A DNA stretch of 64,000 nt from NCBI GenBank assembly GCA_001724265.1, contig MEDY01000183.1, positions 1 to 64,000 on the forward strand, read 5' to 3'. Positions within the stretch are counted from its first letter, which is position 1. Each line of letters starts with the position of its first letter. The notes below the pieces were generated by a model, which did no database searches, had not been told where the DNA came from, and saw nothing but the letters and a program-made list of their open reading frames with translations. Of this stretch, positions 51,512 through 61,823 are shown one piece after another. Source of the DNA: Rhizaria sp. SCN 62-66 (Eukaryota). The position numbers and the translations under genes are program-made.

Positions 51512-52585
51512 CCGAGAGCGGCTGCATGACGAGTCCCGTGACGGAGACGAAGCGGCGGTTGACGTGTCCCGCGTAGCCGCGCACGCACTGACCCGACTTG
51601 GCGTCCCACATGCGGACCATGCCGTCGAGGTAACCGGCGACGATGTAGGCGCCCGACTCCACCCAGGCGGCGGAGACGACCGAGACGGGCCGCGAGAGGA
51701 AGAGGGTGCGCAGACAGAACCCCGTCGCCGGGTCCCACAGGCGGCACACGCCGTCGAGGCTGGCCGTAAGCAGCACGGTCGCGTCGGGCGAGAGAGCGGC
51801 CGCCGTGACGGGCTCCGAGTGCGCGTCAATCTGGCGCACGCACGCGCCCGTGCGGACGTCCCAGAGGCAGACAGACTCGTCGAAGGAGCCCGAGATGAGG
51901 AGGTTGCCCTTGGGGGAGAAGCAAACCGTCATGACGTAGTGCGAGTGGCCGCGCAACACGCGCACCGGGCGCTGCGCCGCGACGTCCCAGAGCCCGATGT
52001 AGGAGTCGTCCGAGGCCGTGGCCAGGTAGCGCGAGTCGGGGCTCCACGCGATGTCGTTGACGCCCAGGCGGTGCAGGCCATGTAGCACGCCCAGCGGCGC
52101 GCCGGAGGAGGCGTCCCAGAGACGCACAGAGAGGTCCGCCGCTGCGGCGCGGCGCGGGGCGCAAAGCACAAAGCGCGGGGAGAGAAGAGAGGAGCGCGCG
52201 GTCAGAGATGGAGGGAGAGAAAGCATAAGGATTGCGAGATATAATGAGTGGTAAGTGGCATATAACACCAATAAAAAGAAATGACACGGGCACTAGCATC
52301 GCACGCATTGCACAAGCGATGCAACATTACAAGTGTTATTGGTGGCAAGGGGACATGGAGCGTACATGAAGTAGCAAGCATAGTGCCGTCGGGAGAGAAG
52401 CGAGCACTGGAGACAGCCTTTGTGTGTCCTTTGAGGGTCAGCGCGCAGCGGAACGTCGGGGGTGGGGGCTCTGGAAACGGGGCACCAACGGGCGCAGCCG
52501 GTGTGTGAAGCTGGGCGTGTCCTGTGATGGGAGAGGGTGCTGGCCTCGACATCGCTGGAGAGAAGGGGATGGCCGAGACTTCCAT
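50961..52585 (-). CDS. WDR5: WD40-repeat protein, WDR5/Swd3 (COMPASS)-like, ~466 aa; exons 52585-52366, 52141-50961
   Basis: [115 protein letters not shown] follow the WDR5 repeat order. GTACGC..GCAG intron. Ends TGA. A WDR5-like paralogue is possible. Confidence 0.85.
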
Positions 52586-55572
52586 CTAGGAATTAAGAAA
52601 AGATTTGTGCACCTGATTAGTTATAATTTGAAATATAAGGGTATCCTGTTTCATTGTATGCAATATCCTCAATTCACTGGTATTAACAGTCATAAAAGGC
52701 CACACAACCGATCATTGATCAACCCCTGACTGGTGTCGCGATAGTACTTCTCTAGTACTGAATGGTTAATGTAAGAAATTTGCACATCTCAGGATCACCC
52801 GCCCATATGCAGAAAAACTGAATCGTGCTCCGTATCATCAATAAAACGTAGTGCATTGATTTCGTAATTCCTTGGGTGTATTGTTTTCTATCCGCTCGTA
52901 GCACGGTACACCTGTATGATATAATATACATTATACATTATACGAGTGCGAGTCCTCGCAAACTGCCGTTGGAAATGTCGCACAACCTGAGATTGTAATG
53001 AGTGATTAGATTGTGGCAGTCCAGCGAATAGAGAGGTTAATGGTTACACAAAGAATTGGTGTGTTTCACTTCGACATTTGCATTCGCAAATTGAATGTGA
53101 GAAATATGTGCACGTATGCACGACTAAAAGCGCCAAATGAGCAGTTTACATTGACAGAATACAATGTGGTGCACAATTGTTGCAAGTATAGGCGGCAATA
53201 TGCAAGAGATGTTCCATATTGCGCACTTGTTGCTTCACTTAAAAATACACTGATAAGCAATTTGATGCGTTGAAATATCTTACACAGTGTTTAACTTGGC
53301 TTCGGCATAAAGTGGGGCTATAATTAGGCGGCAAAGGGCTTTACTCCAGCCCACGCGTGCAAGGTTCGTGCTTGGATGCTGAGGGAGTTGTGTTCTGCTG
53401 CTGTGCTGTGCTAGACACGCGGACAGAAAGAAAGAAAGGAGACTGGGAGCGGTGCTGGCCTTGAACAAAAAGAGCAGGATAGTTACGACGAGAAAGTACT
53501 CAAGGGGCGCACCGGAAAAGAAGACAGAGAAATACGACTAAGAGAGCGCGAGAATGAGGAGGACGCGTTCACCGTCAGCGTACAAAAGAGATCTGGGGAT
53601 GCGATGAAAAATGATGGGGGACGAGAAAAGAAAAATCGACAAAGAAAGCGATTGAGGGTTGGCGTTGTGTAAGTGGTACGTTCTCATCAGCAGAGCAAAC
53701 GTGACTGCACGACGAAAAAAAAGACACACATAAAAGAAAAATCAAGTGAACCAACTTAAAGAAAAATCATCATGGTATTTGCAAGCCGCGAGTGCGCATC
53801 GGTACGAACTGTCAAACTCGGAAAAGCTCGGCAAAATCAACGTAAATCGAAGAAAAGGACAACTTAAGGTCGCGCTTTTAAATATAGAATTATGACTGAG
53901 TAAGAAATTACAACAAGAAACAGGGAATAATAATAGAAGAGACTACTGCAATACAGAAAAGTAATGTGGGAATGAATACCGATTGCAAAATGGCACTTGG
54001 GAACAACACAACATATGAGGGATAAAAAGTACAGAAACCAGTTCAAGGACACAAATGAGTACACATCAAGTTACACGCAGAAGCACAGAAGCAAAGCAAA
54101 ACACATTGCATCAAGTAAAAAACCAAACGTGTGGGTCATCACAAGTCTGTTATGCCCACGCGCATGAGAGTTGAGACTACAAAAAAGAGTTAGGGAGGCA
54201 AAGCATGTGCGTGCATTGAGTGAACAAGTTCATTGTAGACAGAAGTGAAGCGTGGCAGCACATGTACAGCTGCGGCTGCACAGAAACTGGTGTGGAATCT
54301 AAAAAAAGAGAGGAGTAAAAAAAATATTAAAAAGAAGCCCACAATAATAAGGCCATAAAAACACACATCCAACAGAAAGACGTTGCGCTATACATATCGT
54401 TCATGTCGCTGATGCCACATAACCGTGGCATAATAATGTCGCAAACACAATCAACTAAATAGCAACAATATCAAAATGGTGAACAACTAATCAGCATTGA
54501 AAAGCCAAGAGCAAGAACATAGGTTCAACTGTTAATTTTAAACAACAAGTGGGTTCAACATTGCAGCTCTGAGTCGGTTGAGTCATGAAAGACTCGACGT
54601 GGTAAGAATGGGAGCAGAAGAATTTGAAAAAGAAACACTAGCAAATGCGCCGTGACAAGACAAACTATGTTGTTCAGCCATAAATGTTAAAAATAAAGCG
54701 TGTCCATGCGTTGCGATTCACAAACCTGGCGAAAAAACATTGACGCAAAAAATGACGTCGATAACGACTTAGATAGGGATATGAGAAATACTAAGATTGG
54801 ATGACACGGAACAACATCATCAGGAGAAGACAAACAAAGCACAGAGCAAATATAAGGTGCTGTAACCATCGATGGATGATAAACTAAGTTTAGCAAATAA
54901 TACAGCACTTGATAAGACAACTTTACCGTGCGAGGAAACAAAGTAGGAAATAGTATATCAAAATACTGTGCATATACTGCATTAGGGGCTTAATCAGAGC
55001 CGAAATGCTAGTCAAACAAAAAGACTTCACATATGAGCATAGAAAAGTGACACACCCACACAGAGAGCAGTCCAAACACAAACATGGATGCAACAAAGTA
55101 TTCGGCAAGACACAAATCAATGTACACTCAGTTAGCGCAGTCACGATCAAACACATCATTACTGAAAAAGTTGGTTCGCAGACAACTGAGTAGTGAAATT
55201 TCTCACTAGCATCATATCTTACGGTATCAAAACGCAAGGAATGCCTTAACGACCAGCATTCATGTTACAAGTAACGGATCAACAGGGAGAATTTGATAAT
55301 AAAAAGAACAAACGACAGACACACAAAGAAATGTTACAATCAAAAAAATATTCGACTTAAGTGAGAAAAAAAAAATCAACATAGAATGCATGCATACACA
55401 CAAAAAAAAATAACAACACAGCGACAACGCTTGTCAAATGCAGCATGCTCAACTGATATGCAAACAATCACACGCTCAAAACACTGTAAAACAAAAGTAG
55501 CAACATCTATCATATAATTTCTAGAGCAAATATCTGCTCAATGATCGGACGCTGACAGCAAAGGGTTCCAGC

Positions 55573-56449
55573 TTACAAATTCCAATCGCTTGAGGCCCGA
55601 CTTACGTTGGCGCTGCTGAGATGTACGTCGCCCGCACGCCAAGTGCCCGCCTGTGAAGCCGCGCCCGAAACCGGCAACGGCTCGAGTCCTTCAATGCTGA
55701 GCCCGAGACTGAGCCCGCTGAGACCGACACCTGTGCCGTTTTCGGTTCCAGCTAACGCTGTGCCAGGATGTGAGTTGGAGTTGGAAATAGAGCCCAGTGG
55801 TGCAGTGCCAACCGCTGGTGCTGCGGTAGCTCCCGCAGATGCAGATGCAGACGCAGCAGCGGCGGCGGCGGCGGCAGCCTCGGAGGTGGCAGCGGCAGCA
55901 TCTGCGGGTGACATGACAGCCAACATAGGCACTGGCATTGATGCGTGACTGGGGTGAACGTAGTCGCGGTTGGCACCGACGTGGCTGCTGTTGCTGTAGG
56001 TGCTCAGAACATTAGGCGGCGCTGAAAACGTTGTGGTTGACGCTGAGGCAGACGAAGGAAGACTTGCATTGCTGTAGCCATTGTTGAATGAACCGCTGTG
56101 AATGTGTCCGTGAGACTGAACAGGGTAGTCGGAGACATGCTCGACGTTCTCATGTTGCGGACGTAGAGTGTGTTGTTGCTGCTGGGTGTGATACTGCTAG
56201 TGCTGCTGCGGCTGCTGCTGAGGTGGCCACAGCTGCTGATGTTGCAGCTGATAAGGCGCGCGCTCGTGTTGCTGCGGAGACTGCATCTGCATCTGCTCCT
56301 GGCCATAGCTGGTACCTGTCTGGGAAAGCTGCTGCGGCGGATACTGATGTTGATACGCGTAATCCTGATGTGGCTGTTTCGCTCTCCCATTGTGGGTACG
56401 CGGGCGTTTGTGCTGCTTTTGATGCTGTAATTGCTGTTGTTGTTGTTGC

Positions 56450-56481
<32 letters not shown>

Positions 56482-57796
56482 ATGGTACAAATGCTGATGT
56501 TGCTGTTGTTGTTGTTGCAGTTGTTGCAGCGCCAAAGGAGGCGTCGGCGGCGTTTTTGCATGCTGCTATTGCTGTTGCAACGGGTGGTGCAGCCCCGGCA
56601 GTTGCATATTCACCTGTGGCTGCTGTAGTGAGGACATGGGTGGCGGCAGACCCGGGGGCGGCACAGCCGGCCCCTGCATCTGTGCATGTGTCTGTGACTG
56701 AGGGCTCAGTGTATCGGAATCGCGGAGACCGACCTTCTTGTCGTGCAGCGTCCTCTTACTGCGCTGAAACGCGCTCTTGGAGCCAGACGCGTTTGCACCC
56801 CCGCCCTGAGCATTGGAGACGCCTGAGCTGTTGCCACCGATGCCAGCGCCGGTGCTAAAGCCGGGGCCAGAGGTTGGACCGGGAAAGCCGCTGTTGACTC
56901 CGCTGACAAAGCCACCGATGCTGTTGCTGGCATACGGATAGGCAGCTTCGCCGCCGCCGACTCCTGCACTGGCGCTTGCGGCGGCGCTCGCGGCAGCCGC
57001 CGCAGCCACCACCGCTGCCGCGGAGACCAAAGCCGCGGCGCCGAAGATCGGGCTGTTGTGGCCGCCGCTGGAGCCCGCCGTCGCTGCGTCGGCGTTGGCG
57101 TTGGGGCCGCGCTGCGCCCTGGTCTGCGATTGCGCCTGTGGCGGCGGAGTGCGCCCTGCGCTCACCGTCGACTTGCGGCCGCGGGGACGACCGGCGCCGG
57201 GCCGCGCGCCGCCACGCCCGCGGGGGGGTTTCTTGTCCTGCTCGTCGCCCTCCTCTTCCTCGCCGTCGCCGCCGGAGTTGGCGGCGGCGGACGCGGCGGA
57301 CGCGGCGGCGGCGGCGGTGGCGGTGGAGCGGCCCAGGGAGCGCATCTGCGGCGACGGGACTTGGGGCTGGAACGGCGACTGCGGGGGCTGCTCGGGCTGC
57401 AGCCGCTGCTTCGCCTGCTGGCGCTGCTGTTGCCCGTACGGAGACGGTTGAAAGCGCTGATGCTGCTGCTGTTGCTGTTGCTGCTGCTGCTGCTGCTGTG
57501 GGTAAGGCTGCTGCTGCTGGTTTGAGACGTCGCCGCTATAGCCAAAGTCGTCGTTGGTTGCATTGCTGTTGTACGCGCCGTCGACGTCGTCCGCAGTGCT
57601 GTTGTCGTTGTAGTCATATGCACTGTTGTTGTTGCTGCTGGTGTTGCTGCCGTTAACAATATTGTGGCTGTTATGGTTTGGGGAACGCAGATGGAGGCTG
57701 TTAGCGCAGTACGGCGGCGCCCCCTGCGTGTACGCGCCCGGTGCGTAGGCGCCAGGCCCGCCACTGTTATTAGGGCTTCCGGCATACTGAGGCATG

Positions 57797-57849
<53 letters not shown>

Positions 57850-60800
57850 TTGTTGCTGTTGTTGTTGCTGTGGGCCGTACTGTTGCTGAAGATGGGTCTG
57901 GTGCGGAAACTGGTTTTGAGCTGGGCCGTAGACTGTGCCGGTGTTGATAGCGTTGCCATTGTTGAGATTGTTTCTAACACTGTGAACATGACTTACGTTT
58001 GCCTTCAGCTGCATTTGATCCTGGTGCTGGTAGTGTTTCTGCTGATGCTGCTGCTGTTGCTGTTGATGCAGGTACAGCGTTTGCGGCGGTGTGTCTCTCC
58101 CAGTCGGCGCAGACGTAGCAGCAGATGCGGCTCTCGGTGCAGACTCGCCCGACGGCGCCGCCAGCAGCGCCGCAGCAGCTGTGGCAAGAGCAGCCAGCCG
58201 GGGGCTCACAGTGCTGGGCTGGGCGCCGGCGCCGTTCGCAGCGGGGGCAGCGTCCATGGCCACCGAGCTGCGCGGACTGTTCGTCGCGCTCACGTGCGCT
58301 AAGTGTGGCTTCGGCTGCAAAACCGGTGACGAGATCTTGGACTGAACCACCGGCGAGTACATCGAGTCAACACCGCTCGCAGTGACAGCGCGCTCGAACG
58401 CGCTGACGTCTGCGAGCCCGCCGGCGCGGGACAAACCCTTCTGCACCACTGACTGTGCGCAGGGGCGGCTTAACTTTTCGATCTCGCGCTCGAGCCACGC
58501 CTCAGTGTGCTGACGCCACGACTGCGCATCGCCCCACATGTGCCCACCGTTCCCACTCGCAGAAGCACTCACATGCATGCTGTTGTTGTCGTCGCTCATT
58601 GCAATCACCGCTCCGTTGCCATTGCTACAAGCGCGAGCGGAGGACGCGTTGCTATCACCCGCGCTGCTGTGGGCAGTCGCGCTGCCGAGCTTGCCGCTGC
58701 TTTCCTCGTCGTCAAGTGCGCTCACAATCGCGCCGTTGGACGCCGACCTGTTTCCCAACGGCATTGAGAACAACGGCGACGACGCACGTGTGCCCTGCGC
58801 TCGCGGCGTTGCAGACGTCATGTGCGCAGCAGCGACCCAGAAGGGCTGCGGAAGGAGCGCAAAGGCGGCGCCGGCCCCGTCCGCGGTCCTGGTCCCGTCG
58901 TCAAGTGATTGGGGACTGTGGGGCAAGAGCGGGGCAGCGCCGCTAAGCACGACGCGCATGGCGTGTTGCAGCGCGCCAACAATGGCGCACTGACAAGGGC
59001 TCGCTGCAGATGTTGATAGTGCTTGCTGTAGCTGCTGTGTGCCGGCGTTGCAACTTAAACAGCTGACAGTAGCACTGTTGTTGTTTAGCGCCGCGGGAGC
59101 TACAGAATCGGTTTGCTGCTGTTGTTGTTGTGGGACTTGAGAGAGAGACGCTAACATTGACTGTGAAAACGCCGCGGCAAACGCACCCTCTGAGGGAGTT
59201 CGAACCCCAATCGGGACACTGGGCAGGTAGCCGTCACGGGCAAGCGCGGCCTCGACCTCACCACCGACGTGGTGTAAGTACCCCCTTAAACCCTCCGTAA
59301 CCGCAGCGGCAAGCCTCTGTGCGTGGAACGCCGACAGGACCGACACGGACAGCGTGGCCACAGCTGAGCTAGCAGCAGCGGCAGCACATGGGCTGGCGGC
59401 ATCGACAGCCTTGGTGGCGTTGGTAACGCCCGCACTGGACTCAGATGCATCGCCATCGTGTGAGCGTGACGGAGGCAGCGCCTGTGCGGACTGCTGTTGC
59501 AGCCACAGTGGCTGCGCAGACAGCATTCGCGCCTGTGCCTGTGCCTGTGCCTGCGACAGCGGCATCGCCTGCGACGACGACGACGACAACGACGACGACG
59601 GTGCCTGCGTTGGCGACGACACGTCGTCGGCGGCGGCCGCGTTGTCCTGGTCCTGGAAGCGCGCGTCGGCCAGCGCGCAGTTGAGCCGCTTCTGCGCGCC
59701 CGTCAGAGCGGCACGCGCGCGCTCGGCGACCTCGGCAGACACGGACACGGACAGGGACGCGTGCGCGGTCGCAGTGGCGGCGGCGGCGCGCTGGCTCGGC
59801 CGGAGCCTCCGCCGGGTCTGCGGTGACGACGTGGTCGTGACTGTGGGCGCGGCTGTGGCGATGGCAGGAGAAGCGGCGGCGGCGGCGGCGGCGGCCGGGA
59901 AGGTGATCACGGAGCCTGCGATTGCGGCGGCAAGCGACGGGATGAACGACACGGACATGGCGGTGGCGACGGGCGTGGACACCGAGGTCGACGCGGACGT
60001 AGTGGACGCGGTGTGGTGCACGGCGGGCGAGGCGACCGTGGGCAGTGGGATGCCAGTGAGCGAGGGCGTGGCCGTGGGCTGCACGCACAACGAGAGCCCG
60101 GTCCCAGCACTAACGCTGGCGCTACCAGGAACGGGGTGGCACAGCGTAGAGCTGCCGCTGCCCACAGCGGCCGGGGCGGCGTCGCCGCTCGCGCGCTGGC
60201 TCGCGCGGGCACTTGCGCTGATGTTGATATTAAAGTTCGCGTTGGCCGCCGCTTGAGCCACATTTGCAGTGCCGCCGCTGCGGTGGTCGTCGAAGAAGCG
60301 GAAATCGTCCGATTCGAGGCTCCCCAGCACGACAGTCGTTTGGCTATCGCCGGCCTCAGCGCTCACGCTCGCGCTCGCGTTAGCCGGTTGGTTCGCGTGT
60401 GAGTCCCCACCAGTACCGTGGCTGAAGCTCGTGACGGCAAGGGCCGCAGACGAGGCTGCCGGGGGTCGCTGTTGTTGCGAGTGCGACCGCGGCCACATCG
60501 GCTGCTGCAGCTGGTCGTTGTTGGGGGAGGGCTGCGGCTGACGCGCGTACGGCAACGCGGCAGCAGCAACCTCACTCGTCGTCGCCGTGCCATGAATGAC
60601 TGCGGCGTTATGATATCCGTTCAGACTAACTCCAGCGCTCGCAAACCTGTTACCGCCGGCGTTGCTGATCAGCGCCAAAAACAACCCTGTCGTCGCCGCA
60701 GCCGTGCCCGCCGGGGCCCGCGCCGAGTCTGTGGGGGCCGGACCGGCGGCGTCGAGCGGCAGCAGCGGCAGCGGGGCGGGAGCGTGGGGCGCGTGCGCGG

Positions 60801-61008
60801 CCCACGGCGGCGACGGCTCGGGCGATGGGTCCAGGCCTGGCAGCCGGGCGTTCGCGGAAAGGGTGCGCGGGGCAGCCGAGGCGGTGGCAGCGGCTGCAGC
60901 GGCGGCAACGGCGGCAGCGGCGGCGAAATTGGCCGAAACGTTTGCATTGGTCGGGGAGGTGGCCTGGCCAACGAGGGGCGCTCCAGGGGTAGCGTCTTGA
61001 TGTGACAT
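55573..61008 (-). CDS. Uncharacterised poly-Q/Ala-rich protein, ~1,811 aa if TAG 56566-56568 and TAG 56197-56199 are sense
   Basis: ORFs 56566-61158, 56197-56535 and 55573-55938 are one frame broken only by two TAGs in Gln/His-rich text. First in-frame ATG at 61008. Basic motif KPPRGRGGARPGAGRPRGRKS. Ends TAA at 55573. Confidence 0.72.
57799..57870 (-). repeat. CAG/CAA trinucleotide tract encoding poly-Gln
   Basis: (ctg)n/(ttg)n run on the plus strand within the 55573-61008 gene. Confidence 0.9.
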
Positions 61009-61823
61009 GAGCGGTACACCACCGGAAACAACGCAGGCGTGCGTGATGCGGTCAGAAAGGCGGTAATTGGGCGGTATGACCGAGTGTAACAAGGCGGTGA
61101 CGACGCCAGCAAGAGTTGCAAGAGGAGACCTGTCACAACGGACTGTGAATGTCCACAAAAGGCGCGGTCAAAGTGTCGTCTTGTGCAAATGCGCAAAATA
61201 ACCTGTAAAAGTAACGGTTAAACGCTGTACCCGCGTAAATATGTGGTTTTTGATCTAAATAAGGTCTTTACAGATTGGGAGAGAGGAGAATTGGGAATGT
61301 GGTGGACGGTTATCGATGAATCTAGACGCGTTGATTGAACTGTGCATACCGTCATTCAAAGACTTTCAACCGCAATGGAATTAAACATTATGCAACTCTA
61401 ATGTGCATTTAATATAATACATGTTTGTTATTTCGATTGTACTGGTTGTAAGGGCCTGTGGGGACAGTCCCAGAAGGGGGTAAGCCACAGTCCAAATTCC
61501 GGCCAAAAGTCCAAACTGGAAAACAACATGTGGCGGAAACGACAAATACCGATTTATCACCTTATCGTACTCGCGAAAATTGAAATATGTAAATTTACCA
61601 TAAATAAATCACTGTATTAGGTACTATATCAAGAATTTAGTTGAATTTGCCTCTTTTTTCGCCAGCAAAATGTCAGCTAAAGTCAATGTTTCTTCCTGCA
61701 TCAGTCACTTTTATCGGACGCAAGCTTACACTCGAATCCACCAAATGAGTGCACTGAATTGAGATTGCACCGTCTGATACACAATAAACACACAATTCCT
61801 AGTGGTTACGCAGCTGTCGTTGT

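Noticed and set aside
53013-55237. Short Phe/Leu-rich ORFs, small hairpins (e.g. 54412-54431) and partial C/D-box-like words in the AT-rich block
   Set aside because: Compatible with chance given the composition; no complete snoRNA, SECIS or tRNA structure could be built.
13818-56568. TAG-containing genes as pseudogenes, or TAGs hidden in small introns
   Set aside because: No frameshifts or TAA/TGA interruptions accompany them. The flanks lack the AT-rich composition and GTACG donor seen in real introns here. Not formally excluded without RNA data.
13818-56568. Pyrrolysine insertion or A-to-I editing (UAG to Trp) as the explanation
   Set aside because: Pyrrolysine is not known in eukaryotic nuclear genes. 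The sites are in low-complexity regions where Trp or Pyl would be out of place, and no shared flanking motif was evident. Editing remains testable with RNA reads.
59130-59150. GTTCGAACCCC resembling a tRNA T-loop (checked while looking for a CUA tRNA)
   Set aside because: Lies inside a coding exon and no cloverleaf is apparent; no tRNA gene was found in the window.
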